From Octopus vulgaris (taxonomy: Eukaryota), in the NCBI GenBank assembly GCA_951406725.2, contig OX597834.1, positions 31,682,001-31,746,000 on the forward strand: a stretch of 64,000 nt of DNA, written 5' to 3'. Each line of letters opens with the position of its first letter. The first letter of the stretch is position 1. The notes beneath the pieces are model-generated. The model saw nothing but the letters and a program-made list of their open reading frames with translations. It did not search any database and was not told the origin of the DNA. The translations under genes were made by a program, and so were the position numbers. Positions 1 through 14,269 of the stretch are shown piece by piece.

Positions 1-836
1 TTCATCTTCTTTTTCTCCTTCTTCTTCTTTGTTTTTCTTCTTTTTCTTAGTTTCTTTATATTCTTCTTCGTCTTCTGTTTCTCCTTCTCCTTCTTCTCCT
101 TCTTCTCCTTCTTCTTCTTCATCTCTTCCTCCTCCTCTTCTTTTGTTAAGGTATTGGATGAGTTGGTTATCATTGAATGAGTGCAGTCATGTGATCTGTC
201 TCATCACACTTTTGATATTCTGCTAATGCTGCCACCTGTTTCTATTTTTTTGTGAATTTGTCCTGTAACTCACAGGTGGGAGACAACCCAACATTGATTT
301 GGTTATGCAAACTTTTCTGGTCATACAAAACTTAACAGATTGTTTGGATGAATGGGAGCTCTCTAGAAAACATGTTCTTCATTAATGGTTGAGAGGAATC
401 ATATATAACTTTCTGTTAAATATCACCAGTTGTTTCAGCATCCGGAATTTCTCAGTGAAACATAGTCTACAGTTTCATGTAACTCTACTATGTGAGTTGT
501 TCAATCTACAGCATTGCAGTTGCAAAGTAAAGTTCAGCTCCATGGTTTCTTAGTTTCCAAATGAAGTGGGATAAAAGTAATAACGATTTTTTTATCATTT
601 TATCTGAATGTTTGTAAATGTTGGTTATATCAGATTTTAAAGACATTTGCGGGGAGTCAAGTATAATTCTTCTCATTACCATCTGTGAACATTTTACCTG
701 CCCTCTCTCTATATATTACTGTCTCCTAACACACACACTTATACACAAGGCACATACATCCATGCATCTGCCTATATATGTGTATATGGTATGTATACAC
801 ACACATATACACATTGTTTTACACTTAGTCGCTTAA

Positions 837-1002
837 CCCTTTAGCATTCAGATTACTCTGTCAAATGTAATTCTTATTCATTCACATTTTTTAATATTCA
901 TCTAATATTACCTTGTGCTTTTGAGGGTCAGATCTGGCCACTTCAAACATATAGTGGATGGAATATTAGGGCCAGACATGGCTGGTTTAAAATGTTAAAG
1001 GG
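837..1002. mobile_element. TTAA-type (piggyBac-like) MITE
   Basis: TTAA|CCCTTTAGCATT ... AATGTTAAAGGG|TTAt terminal inverted repeats. Confidence 0.6.
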
Positions 1003-1544
1003 TTATGTCAATAGACCGTGGGCATGCTAAGGCACTGCCTAGAAAATTATTTCAGCCTTATACCAGGTATAGAATATACATTTACCTATTATTTAAACAT
1101 TATAATTTACTCAATATTTAAACATAACCGGAAACATTCTTCTTTGCAAAAATAGTTGCAAATGTTGTATACTGCTTGCTAAACTTCTTTTGTTTATTGT
1201 TTACTCTTAACTAAATATGGTGGTTCAAACAAAACATAGCAATAAAACTGGCTGGTTTAAAGAATTGTGAGGTGGGAATGGTGGGTATGAAGAACTAAGG
1301 AATATGGTGAAAGCAAAGGATGGGCATTTTGGATTCTAAATATATGTAAAATGTTGCTAATAAAATAAACAATCGACCTGCAAACTTGCATTAACCAAAA
1401 CCTGAAACTTTTTATTTTATAATAAAATGAATAATCGGTGAAAATATATGCTGCACCTAGTGTGTGTGTGTGTGTGTGTGCATTTGTGTAAATATATATA
1501 TAGATAGATGGATATACAGATAGATATTCATAAGTATAGATGCA

Positions 1545-1870
1545 TGAGTGGCTGTGTGGTAACTAGCTTGCTTCCCAACCACATGGTTCCAGGTTCAGTT
1601 CCACTACTTGGCATCTTGGACGAGTGCTTTTTACTATAGTCTCAAGCCGACCAAAGCCTTGTGAGCGAATTTGGTAGATGGAAACTGAAAGAAGTCCGTC
1701 ATATATGTGTGTGTGTGTGCGTCCCCCCCCCCCATCATTCATCAAAAAATACCTATAAAGTAAGTACTAGGCTTACAAAGAATAAGTCCTGGAGTCAATT
1801 TATTCAACTAAAAGGCAGTGCTCCAGCATGGCCGCAGTCAAATGACAGAAACATGTAAAAGAATAAAATA
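1545..1870 (+). mobile_element. tRNA-derived SINE, family A
   Basis: Head gtggctgtgtggt...ggttcagttccact, internal (AT/GT)n, tail ...ccagcatggccgcagtcaaatgac...aaaagaataaaa. Many near-identical copies occur in the window. Confidence 0.85.
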
Positions 1871-2060
1871 GTAAAAGGATATATATATATGATGGGCTTC
1901 CATGCAGTTTCTTTCTGCCAAGTTCTCTCACAAGACATTGGTTAGCCAGGGACTAATGCAGAAGACACTTGCTCAAGGTGTTCCACAGTAGGACTGAACC
2001 CCAAAGCAGGTCTGTTCAAGCAAGCTTTGTAACCAAACAACCATGCCTAAGACTGTAGAG

Positions 2061-2367
2061 CAGTGATTCCCAAACTTTTTCAGGTTGCCGCCCCCTTGAC
2101 GACTAGGCCACATTCCTAGTGCCCCCAACCCAACTAACCATCACAGACAGACCTTTTTCTCAAGCAAATTCAAAGCAACTGTTTTTCACAAACAAAACTT
2201 AACCTAATGAACCCATTATTTTGTTGTTTTACATGAATCGCTACCCCCTTATTGCCCCTATTTTTACATGAATTGTTACCCCATTATCGCTCCACTTTTC
2301 TTCAACACCCTCTTGGAACTTTCCACCCTTTCCAGGGAAACAATACCGCCTATTTTGGGAACCACGG
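2061..2367. mobile_element. hAT (Charlie-like) non-autonomous DNA transposon
   Basis: TIRs CAGTGATTCCCAAA / TTTGGGAACCACGG; 8-bp TSD CTGTAGAG (2053-2060) / CTATAGAG (2368-2375). Confidence 0.8.
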
Positions 2368-3612
2368 CTATAGAGTAACTAGTGTACCATCATGAAGATA
2401 CTGATGAGAAACAAACCTCCCCATGGATAGACACCAGTCTACTGTATGAGACATTCCCCAATAATCAAACAGAACCTTTTTGAGAGCCAAGGTACTGAGG
2501 TACTGCAGAATAAAGAGTACCACCGCAAAGATGCTGTGATGGGAGATAAAACTCCTCTTGGATAAGGCACCAGTCATTCACTTGTAACATTCTCTGATTA
2601 TCAAGTGGTACCTAATAACAGCTATGTGTACTGAGGCAATGTAAAATTTAATGTACTGCCACCAGAAACAGTGATGTGAGATCGATCTCTCCCTGGATAT
2701 GACATTGTGATGATTGGGGGTGGGGGCATACCCCTTCCTACTGACAGCTTAGTTGAGATTTAGCTGTTATTTCTAACAAGATATGCAACTACATATTTTC
2801 TATTTTTGTGTGAATTTGTGCTTTGCTGACTATTAAAGGTTCCACTCATTAAGGTCAGTGGTTATTGCTGCTGTTGTTGTTGTTGTTGTTGTTGTTGTTG
2901 TGGCTATTGTCAGTGGTTGTTGGTAGTATATTATCTTTCTTATTATTTATTTTCAAAAAAAAAACTGCCACTACCACACACTCACCGCCCCCACCCCACC
3001 CCCCACCACCAACAACAACAACATCACTACCACCGACATCACCCCCATCGATGCCATCATCACTGCCACCACCATCCAATACCTCTGCCATCACTATCAC
3101 TGCTGCCACGACCACCACCACTGCCACCATCATCATCATCACCATCATCACTGCACACCAGTACTACAGCTACCATCACCACCACTACCACCACCATCAA
3201 CACCACCATCACAAATATGATCACTGCTGCTACCATCACCATCACCACCCCTATCATCACTACCACTACCATCATCATCATCATCAGCATCATCAACTGC
3301 AACAACAACAACAACAAAAGAATGTAGTATTGTCAACAGAAAATTTATATTCTTCAGAATTTTTCAGTTTTTCATTTTAACAATAACGTAAAAAAAAAAA
3401 AATTGCCAAAACAAGAAAAAAGAAAAGATTATAAATGAAATATAGAAATTGTGGGTGGGTGGAGGGAAGAAAAAATTTAAATAGATATTGGACAAAAAAT
3501 AAAATATTTTAAAAAAAAGGAGGGAAAACATTAAAAAAAAAAACAGAAAATAGCAGAATAAATTAGTGAATATGAAAATTTGGGTTGAAATAAATGAAAA
3601 ATATTCACATGT

Positions 3613-3655
<43 letters not shown>

Positions 3656-3692
3656 TGCAGATATTATGTATACATATATATATACATATATC

Positions 3693-3724
<32 letters not shown>

Positions 3725-3864
3725 CGTGGCACACCCAGGTATATGTGTATGCATTTGTGTGTGCATGTTTAAGTGTGTATACATGCATGTATGCATGTAT
3801 TGATGTAGATATGTACACACAAATTTATGTATGTATGTGTGTGTATATATATATGTATGTATAT

Positions 3865-3959
<95 letters not shown>

Positions 3960-3995
3960 TATAAGATTATTGCTCTGAGGAGTGTTTCTATTCTC

Positions 3996-4041
<46 letters not shown>

Positions 4042-4292
4042 CCCTAACCCTCTGCACGTATAAAACTAGCAAATGTATACATTCTGATGATGCAACATCT
4101 GAGAAGATACCTCTCCCCACTTTCCCTCTCCTTCTCCCTCTCTCCCTCTCTCTCTCCTTTACTCTACATCATATCGCATAAACTGTTAAATTTTATAGCC
4201 ACCTTTCATTGGACTTCATATCAATGAATACGTTAGCACTCACCCACCACACACACAGCCACTCACAAGAATATGAGTCTATTCTGCATCCG

Positions 4293-4357
<65 letters not shown>

Positions 4358-4981
4358 GTGTTTGTGTATGTGTTAATATATGTGTCTATGTGTGTGAACA
4401 CTTCTATATATATATGTATATATATATCAAAAATATGTACATATGTATACACACATACAGTATAACATATTTGTCATATTTATATTGATATTTCTGTATA
4501 TATATATATATATATATAAATAATTTTCTGTGTGTGTGTGTACAAGCATGCACATTTGGGCGTGTGCATGTCTGTGTGTGCTATATAATATACTATATAG
4601 AGTGTAATACACACACACACACTTATGTATCTATATGCATTATATTTTTTACCATATTGTATATTTTCTTTCATCTGTTAATGATATTTCTAGAACTTTC
4701 TTTGCAGAGTTATTAATTTATTCACCCACTCCTCTGCGTGTCTGTGTATGTATATATATATATATATACACACACATATATATATGAGTGTGTGTGTGTG
4801 TCTGTGTGTTGATATATATATATATGTATATACATTGTTTATGTATGTGTATATATATATATGTGTGTACAGACACCCTGTGCAGAAAAAGTTAGAGAAT
4901 AGTATTTCATTTTGTATTTTTATATCTTGTCTTTCTGTTCCTCCATCTATCATCCTAATTTTGAGCATATATCTGTGCATA

Positions 4982-5042
<61 letters not shown>

Positions 5043-5149
5043 GTCTGTCTATCTATTTCTCTGTCAGTTTCTCTCTCTTTCTTTCTCGCTCTCTCTCTCC
5101 CACTTTATATATGTGTGTGCATGGTGTGTGTGTGTATTTATATATATAC

Positions 5150-5182
<33 letters not shown>

Positions 5183-5990
5183 GACACACAGACACACATA
5201 GTCATTATGTAATGCAGTGATTAGAGGTGAAAGCTTAAAAGCCAGCAACATCCTCCGCAGAAAAACACCCCCACATATCTCGCACCCCTCTGCCCAGCCA
5301 CCCCCTATTGTCTCGACCCACAAAACAATTGGTTGACTGTTTGTATTTTCCTGATATCCCATTCTCTCCTTATCCTTTGGCACCCAACCCAATTCCAACC
5401 ACCTCATTCCACTCTGCTGCTGTTAACCCTTTATTCCATCATTCTTTCATACCCTCTATGCCTTTATTCCATAAATACCTGATGCTCGGTATCTACTTAA
5501 GCCCATTATGCTCTCAGCTATAACTGCTCTGTATTCCATTAGGGGTCTCTATTTAACCTGATGTTCATTTAACTCATTATGAAGCTACGCCTTTGATGTT
5601 ATATTTATCATACTCTTATTTCATTATCTCTTATCAGTTCCTTGTTGTCAGTTGTTGGAATGCGACCATGCTGGGGCATTGCGTTGAAGGATTTTCTTTT
5701 TTTTTGTAGAATAAATCCCCTCTGGTGCTTATAGTTGTAGGGAGTTAGGCGGTGGCGGGGAGGAGTTGGGTTTTTTTATAATTTCATTTCTTAATTATTT
5801 TCGGGACCGGTACTCGTTCTGTTGGTCTCTTTTGTTGTACTGCTAAGTTACAGTACCAAAATAAACTAACATTTGTCAAGTGGTGGCAGGCAGGGTGACA
5901 AACAAGCATTAAGACATACACACATAAACACATAGATACATGCACACACACCCACACACATATATATATACATATACAGTATATAGATAA

Positions 5991-6022
<32 letters not shown>

Positions 6023-6029
<7 letters not shown>

Positions 6030-6340
6030 GGGTTCAGCAAAGATTTATTTTACCACATACTGAAGTTTAGAAATAGCAACCAAAAAATCTTAGCTATTTT
6101 TTCTACTTTAAAAAGGGACTCCTGGAGAATGGGTTTCTCTTTTAAAGTAGAAGAAATAGCTAAGATTTTTTGGGCTGCTATTTCTAAACTTCGGTATGTG
6201 GTAAAACAAATCTTTGCTGAACCCTAATTATTAAGTATTACTTGAGTTTACCGTGAAATGGTCCTTTTTTCATACCGAATTCTACTTGGTGAAATTATTG
6301 ATTGCTTCTTAATTAATTAATTTTACCCTTTGTTATTATA
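6023..6340. repeat. Fold-back element: ~90-bp inverted arms (6023-6114 / 6140-6231) plus a ~105-bp unpaired tail, embedded in (AT)n
   Basis: ataattagggttcagcaaagattt... is the reverse complement of ...aaatctttgctgaaccctaattat, with a few transition mismatches. Confidence 0.85.
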
Positions 6341-6489
6341 TATATGTATATATATATATATATATATATGCATGTATGTTATGTATGTATGTGTGTGTGT
6401 ATGTATGTATCTTAGATTGGCTGTCTTTAAATGACTAAAGAACCAATCTATTCTATGTGTGCAGATATTCTAAGCATATCAGCACTCAG

Positions 6490-7980
6490 ATGTTGGTGTC
6501 TACATTTACCTCAGAGCCACAGGTAAGGTCTTTGATGTCACACACTTCAATGCAAAATCAAAGACTTTCCAGGTTCTTGTTTATGAGTTCCTTTATGCTA
6601 TTGATGTAGATTTTGCTGCTCACACTGTAGAAGACTTCCAGGCTATAATGGATCTCTTCTCTTGAGTGTGCACTGCTTTTGAACTTATCATCAGTCTGAA
6701 GAAAGCAAAGGCCATGTTCTCTTATCCTCCAGGTTTGCTCTACGTCCAACCTAACATCTTCGTCCAGAGCACAAGATTGGTTGTGATCAACTTTTTTGTC
6801 TAGTTTGGCAGTATTCTCTCTAGAGATGGCTCCCCTGCTTCTGAAATAATTCTGAGGATTGAAAAAGCCAGTAAAGTATTTGGAAGGCTTGAAAACCATG
6901 TGCGGTTGAACAGAGGTATCAGCATCGAAACCAAACTCAGCATCCATGGATTGAGCATCTTATCTGCTCTTTTGTACTCTCCTGAGGCATGGATGTCACA
7001 TCAAGGTTTTAGAAAGATTCTATGAAACTTGCCTTAAGAGGATCTTAAACATCAGGTTTTAGAAAGATTCTATGAAACTTGCCTTAAGAGGATCTTAATC
7101 ATCAGGTTTTAGAAAGCTTCTATGAAACTTGCCTTAAGAGGATCTTAAACATCAGGTTTTAGAAAGCTTCTATGAAACTTGCCTTAAGAGGATCTTAAAC
7201 ATCAGGTTTTAGAAAGATTCTATGAAACTTGCCTTAAGAGGATCTTAAACATCAGGTTTTAGAAAGATTCTATGAAACTTGCCTTAAGAGGATCTTAAAC
7301 ATCAGGTTTTAGAAAGATTCTATGAAACTTACCTTAAGAGGATCTTAAACATCAGGTTTTAGAAAGATTCTATGAAACTTGCCTTAAGAGGATCTTAAAC
7401 ATCAGGTTTTAGAAAGATTCTATGAAACTTGCCTTAAGAGGATCTTAAACATCAGGTTTTAGAAAGATTCTATGAAACTTGCCTTAAAAGGATCTTAAAC
7501 ATCAAACAGATGTCTCTAACACCAGACACTGTTGTCCTTTAACAAATCAACACATCCAGTATTAAAATGCTCCACCTCATACACAATCTGATGCGATGGG
7601 CTGGTTACCTTAGGAGGATGCTGGGTGACAGGTCACCTAATCAGTTGTTTTAAGGGGATTTTCAATGTAGTAAACCTCCAGGCCATAAACCTAAAGATCC
7701 GTTTTAGGAATGCCTCAAGGGTCTTAGTGTGAATGTTGAAGACAAAGATCAGATGATGGAAAATTGATCGGTTCGAAAAGAAGGGACATACAATGGTTGT
7801 AAAGGGTTTGAAACATGGAGAATTGAACAATCCATTTTGAAAGAAAGAATTTATAAACAAGACTTGAATTCAATCCCAGACACTTTTCTGCCTGAAAATG
7901 TTTCTCACATCTGCATTTAGAGTCTGTTTGTCCAAAGCTGGACTTGGCTACTCGTATGAGATCTCATGACACCATTTACT
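6490..7980 (+). mobile_element. Degenerate RTE-clade (BovB-like) LINE, 3' part of RT and C-terminus
   Basis: Translates, with stops and frameshifts, to YEFLYAIDVDFAAHTVEDFQAIMDLF (YADD region), GSILSRDG, RIEKASKVFGRLEN, LLYSPEAW, LERFYETCLKRILNI, MRWAGYLRRM and a terminal RVCLSKAGL..MRSH zinc-finger-like motif. Confidence 0.85.
7001..7500 (+). repeat. Minisatellite, 10 x 50 bp, inside the RTE LINE
   Basis: Unit atcaggttttagaaagattctatgaaacttgccttaagaggatcttaaac starts at 7051, 7101 ... 7451, with the first unit at 7001. Confidence 0.95.
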
Positions 7981-8041
7981 AATTGAGGAGATGGCTTTCC
8001 TCTGTAAAGATGTGGCAATCACCAATCTCCATTTATACATT

Positions 8042-8084
<43 letters not shown>

Positions 8085-8315
8085 GTACATAATGCATAAT
8101 ACATATTTAGATATACAACTATATGCAAGAAAACATATACATAAAACAAAACATACATACATACAAACAAACAAAAACAGAAGACACATGCTCAAGGTGC
8201 CACGCAGTGGGAGTGAACCCGGAACCATGTGGTTGGTAAGCAAGCTACTAACCACACAGCCACTCCTACGCCTAATGGTAAGAAATCTTGAAATTGAACT
8301 GAACAATGACATACA

Positions 8316-8365
8316 TAACAGTTCAGTGATAATTTTGCAGCTGCAAAATTATCACTGAACTGTTA
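8316..8365. repeat. Perfect 50-bp palindrome with no spacer
   Basis: taacagttcagtgataattttgcag|ctgcaaaattatcactgaactgtta. Confidence 0.95.
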
Positions 8366-8721
8366 CTCAGGGTTTCATGTTCTTGCTCGTCAGACTGTTG
8401 GGATGAGAACTTTTGCACTTATGTGCTCACCTGTGCATGTGTGTGTGTGTTTGTGTGTGCGTGTGTGCATGTGTGTTTGCGTATGTATATGTGTATGAGT
8501 GTGTCTATGTGTGTGTGTGTGTATGTGTGTGTGTGTCTGTGTCTGTGTGTCCATTCTATATCTGAAAATATTTCTCACCTTACTCATAAATACTCTGGTT
8601 TCGTACATACATTTATACTTCAGGTGCGTACATGTAAATGTTTGATGTATATGTGCACCTAAATGACTGTGTGTATTTGAGTGTGGCCAGCGTGCACTAC
8701 AGTGTCATACACACATATGAC

Positions 8722-8842
<121 letters not shown>

Positions 8843-9049
8843 ACATATATATATATACATACATATATGCATATATATATACATACATATACACACATAT
8901 CTATATATAGTTTGATAGATAGATATAGATAAATATATATATATGTACATACACATATACAAACATGCATATATATGTATGTGTATATATATATGTATAT
9001 ATATATTTATATACACATTTATAAACATGTATATATTCACATCTATACA

Positions 9050-9088
<39 letters not shown>

Positions 9089-10474
9089 ATGCACACACAC
9101 ATATATATACACACACACACACAAACATAATCATATATACATGTACTTATCACACACACATATACGTGTATATATACATATATCCATATGCAGATACATA
9201 CATACATGCACATAATATATACCTTCACATACATAAATACATATATACATATATACATACATACATACATACCTACATACATACATACACATAGATATAT
9301 ATAGATGTGTAAATAGAGATACAGGTACACACATTGTTTTATGTGCATGTGCATGCGCTTACACACACACGTACACACACACCTGCACACACACCTGCAC
9401 ACACTGATAACTCATTCACATGTGATTTACCTAAGTGTACTTAATATGCTCAGTGTGCACCAATGCACCGTTGCACTGTTGCACCGGTACAAATGTCAAT
9501 ACAAATAGATATTCACTCCCGCAGTGGTTGCATCATATTCAATGTACTTGGTAAGTTCAGATACTTAGTTTAATGAAGGTGGTGGTGGTGGTGGTGGGGG
9601 TATTGATGGTAGTAATAGTGGTGACGGTGGTGGTGGTCGTCGTCGTCATCGTTGTCATCGTCATGGCGGTGGCAGTGGTCGTCATGGCAGCGTTGACAGC
9701 AGTGGTGATGGTGACAGTGATGGTCGTGGTGGTGGTGGTGGTGATTGTGGGATGATGGTGGTCATGGTGATGGTGGTGGTAACGGTGATGGTGACAGCGG
9801 TGGTGGTGCTGCTGCTAGTGGTGGTGGTGGTGATGGTTAATCATGGTGGTGATTGTCAATGGTTGTCTCCATATTCATGGTGTTAGTAGTGGTGGTCGTC
9901 ATGTTGGCAGTGATGGCATTAGTGATATCGATGGTGGTGGTGGTGGTGGTGGTGGTGGTGGTGGTGGTGGTGGTGGTGGTAGCCTCAGTATCAGGGTTGT
10001 GTCTCTTGGTGGTGATGCTAATGGTTGTTCTGGTAGTGTTGGCAGAGAAGGTAATGGCTCTTGTGGTCATAGTTGTGGTGATGTTAATGGTTGTAGTGGT
10101 GGTGGTGGTGGTGCCAGTGGTGGTAGTGGTGCTGCTGCTGATAGCATAAACCCCTAAAGACATTAACACCACTAAAGGGAGATAACTCAACAAGTCCTCT
10201 ATCCATTCACTAAACACAGAGGTTGTCATAAATCAACAAAAAAACTCATTGAGGTTGTGTTTTGGCAAAGACTGGAACAGATAGAATTGTAATGAATCTA
10301 TGTACTGTGGTTGTGTGATAAGAAGTTTCCTTGTCAACCACATGGTTCTGGGTTCAGTCCTGTTATATAGCACCTCAGGCAAGAGTCCTCCGCTATAACC
10401 TCTGGCTGACCAAAGCCTTCTGAGCGTGTTTTGTCAATGGAAACTAAAAGAAGCTCTTCATATATCTATGCATT

Positions 10475-10710
10475 CTTTTATTCTTTTACTTGTTTCAGTC
10501 ATTTGACTGTGGCCATACTGGAGCTTCACCTTCAGTCAAACAAATCGACCCCCAGGTCTTATTCTTTGTAAGCCTAGCACTTATTCTATCGGCCTCTCTT
10601 GCTGAACCACCAAGTTACAGGGATGTAAACACCCCAGCATCAGTTGTCAAGCTGTGGTGGGGGAACAAACACAGAAAAACAAACGCACACATAAGCATAT
10701 ATATATATAC

Positions 10711-10796
<86 letters not shown>

Positions 10797-10962
10797 GACA
10801 GGCTTCTTTCAGTTTCCATCTACCAACGCCATTCACAAGGCTTTGGTCAGCCTGAGGCTACAATAGAAGACACTTGCCCAAAGTGCCATGCAGTGGGACT
10901 GAACCCAAAACCATGTGGTGGGGGGGAGGGCAAGCTTCTTACCACACAACCACTCCTGTGCC
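10475..10962 (-). mobile_element. tRNA-SINE family A, full length, nested within a + strand family A copy (head ~10305-10460, tail ~11000-11200)
   Basis: Reverse complement of the family A head and tail, with an expanded internal (AT)n. Confidence 0.8.
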
Positions 10963-11782
10963 TATATAGATATATATGTGAATGTGTGTGTGTTTTGTGT
11001 CTTGTTTGTCCCCCTATCACCAAGTATTGGTTTGTTTACATCCCTGTAACTTAGCCGTTCAGCAGCTGAGACCAATAGAATAAGTCCTTGACTTTAAAAC
11101 AAATTAGTGCAAGGATTGATTCATTCAACTAAAATTCTTCAAGGCAGTGCTCCAGCATGGCCACAGTCTAATGACTGAAACAAGTAGAAAATAAAGATAA
11201 AAGATGTGTATTGGGTGCAATGATGCAATCGTTTATCTTAGGGTTAGGGTAAGGGTTAGCGTAAGAGTCAGTTGAAGTAGGGTCTGCATACTATTTTGCA
11301 ACTTTTTTTCTTTTTGCATTCAGTAGTAGGGTCATGGTTGGAATGTAACTCACCTGAGACCACCATTAGTTCTATGATACAAATTCCATGTGTTAACATG
11401 ACGTAAATTAAAATCTTCTATCAAAATGTCAATTTATGTTCCAAACACCAGCTTAATAATGACAAAAGTCATTTTAATTTTACTAAATTTTTCATGATTT
11501 TCAAGATTAATTAGATAATTAATTACTTAAAACACAAGGCAAAGACTTCTTTAACCCTTTTGATACCAACTTGCCTGAAACTAACCCTCGTTTTCTAATA
11601 TAAATTTCATGTATAAAAGTGGTCTTAATTAAAGACCTTCCATCAAAATTCCTTGTTAATTTATGTTGGAAACATCAGATGAATAATAACGAAGTGATTT
11701 TACTAAATTCTTAATTATGATCAAAATTAATTGAAACAAAGCCAGTGTATTTCTACTGAAATATTGTGTCAAAAACATAAAG

Positions 11783-11968
11783 CAGGGTCTCCAAAGTGTT
11801 CAATATTGAACCCCCTAGGGGTTGATGAGACTATTCAAAGAATTGATAAATGAACATCTATTTAGTTATTGTTATTATTTATTTACTTTCTTATACATGC
11901 CTGGGGGTCGATGAAGGGTCAAGGATTCTATGAAGGGGTCTATGGTCTAAAAAGTTTGGGGACCCCTG
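11783..11968. mobile_element. hAT-like MITE
   Basis: CAGGGTCTCCAAA ... TTTGGGGACCCCTG termini; TSD degraded. Confidence 0.6.
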
Positions 11969-12006
11969 CTGTAAAAACACCTACCTAAATATTGTAGGGA
12001 GGAGAA

Positions 12007-12333
12007 AACCTGCTTGTGGAATTAACGTGCAAGTGGCGGAGCACTCCACAGACACGTGTACCCTTAACATAATTCTCTGGGAGATTCAGCTTGACAAAGA
12101 TTGTGATAAGGCTGGCCCTTTGAAATACAGGTACAACAGAAACAGGAAGTAAGAGTGAGAGAAAGTTGTGGTGAAAGAGTACAGCAGGGTTCGCCACCAT
12201 CCGCTGCCAGAGCCTCATGGAGCTTTAGGTGTTTTCATTCAATAAACACTCACAATGCCTGGTCTGGTAATCGAAACCATGATCCTACAACCACAAGTCC
12301 ACTGCCCTAACCACTGGGCCATTGCACCTCCAC
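12007..12333 (-). mobile_element. tRNA-SINE family B (tail type 1)
   Basis: Minus-strand head gtggaggtgcaatggcccagtggttagggcag...gtttcgattacc (A/B boxes); near-identical to 18620-18999. Confidence 0.85.
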
Positions 12334-12968
12334 AAGGGAGCCTCTACAAAGTCACTGAATCTGTAAAAGTAGCAACCAAATCACCCTCAAATCGCACCTC
12401 ACTGATACCTTTTTGAAAAAAAGACACACAAAATAGGTCTACTTGACGAAGAATTTAATTCCAGACATAACAGCAAAATCGGTGGAATGGTCAATGCTTT
12501 TGATCACAGGTCTATTCAGCCAGGACAAATCTGAGGCAAGACACATTGCAAGCAGTAACTCCCCCCAACTAAGGTATAGAACCACCCCAAGTAAAGGTAT
12601 TTCTGATAGGAATGTATTGATGTTGATACAGCTAACAGTGAAGGGGAGGGGGAAGAATTTATAAAAGACAAGCACGTGCTGCCACCTACAGTTTTTGTCT
12701 TCTTACCATTAAATATGAGGAATTTCTCAATCTAGAACCATCAAACCATGAAATTAGTTTCATCCACCTCGTAGGTTCTGCGAGTGCATGACACCAAAAT
12801 GTCCACTTGAGTCTACCTTCCATCGTAATGTATGTCGTGGGTTATACTGGGTATGCATGTAAGGTATGTATGTGTGTGTGTATAATGTATGTTACATGAA
12901 TATGTTTGTGTGTATGCATGTATATATGTATATATATATATATGTATATGTATGTATGTATGTATGTA

Positions 12969-13013
<45 letters not shown>

Positions 13014-13185
13014 ATATGTTATATGAGTATGTGTGAATGTATGTATGTGTGTGTGTATTTATGTGTATATGAAAGTGTATCTCTCCCTCTCTCTCTCTTG
13101 CTCTGTATGTGTGTGTATATATATATATATATATATAGTATATATACACACAAGCATATACATATCTTACTACTACTACTACTAC

Positions 13186-13260
<75 letters not shown>

Positions 13261-14098
13261 TATTGTTATTATTATTATTATTATTACTACTACTACTACT
13301 CTTATTAAGGTGGTTGGCTTGCAGAGTCATTACGATGCTGGACAAAATGCTTAGCAGCATTTCTCTTGGCTTTGCATTCTGAATTCAAATGTTAAATCTA
13401 TCCTTCACAAAATGAGTACCAGTTGAGTCAGTTGATGTAATCAACTGTAACCCCACCTCACATCCTGTAGCAGAAACGGATGTAAGCCAATGAAGTTCAT
13501 AACACAATCTCTTGTATGTATGTATGTATGTATGTAGAGATAAGGCTGTTCGGCTCTGGTCCCTCCTCCCATACTTTTACCCATCTTTTGCTCTTCACCC
13601 TTCAGCATAAAGGTGCTCCTTTCCCCCACCCATGGGGTGATGATGATGATGATGTATGTAATGTGGGTTCTCTCTACATTTGGTCACATGCCAACATCAA
13701 GGGAACTGACTACATCTCTGTCCAAACTTCTTACCCTGTGGTTGTCATTTTTACATTTAGTAGTGTCGGCCATGCTAGGGCACCATCTTTAGTATGATTG
13801 GTTTGTATTTCTTGTTCGCTTCCTGGCCTCCCCTGCAGAACTGTTTCCGGTGAAGTAGCAAGTTGGTCAGAGCTGCCTTTCTTTGTTTTTGACCATGGTG
13901 CAGACTCATCTGGTACCTTAGATAAAGATTTGTCAAAATGTTCTTTGAAAAATCCAGCATCCAGCATCCAGTCATAGAAGCCATGCCACAATAGATGGTT
14001 GGCGTCCAGACAGCCACCGGCTAACTGGCCCCATGTCAAACTGCCCAACTTATGCCAGCATAGAGTGTGGGCATTAAACAATGATGATGATGATGATA

Positions 14099-14156
<58 letters not shown>

Positions 14157-14269
14157 GGATGATGATCAACACCTTACAGATTGCAAAGGCACGTTGGCAG
14201 AGTGTTGAAAATTTGCTATCCTTTGAATCCTAAAATGTTACAGTACATGGGTCCTTACTCTAGACAGAG

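Noticed and set aside
6558-6947. 129-aa minus-strand ORF
   Set aside because: Antisense shadow of the RTE reverse transcriptase fossil on the + strand.
7001-7500. CRISPR-like array
   Set aside because: The units are contiguous identical 50-mers with no unique spacers, they derive from LINE coding sequence, and the context is eukaryotic with no cas genes.
11238-11265. Interstitial telomere (TTAGGG)n
   Set aside because: Only about four degenerate units, compatible with chance or a transposon-internal repeat.
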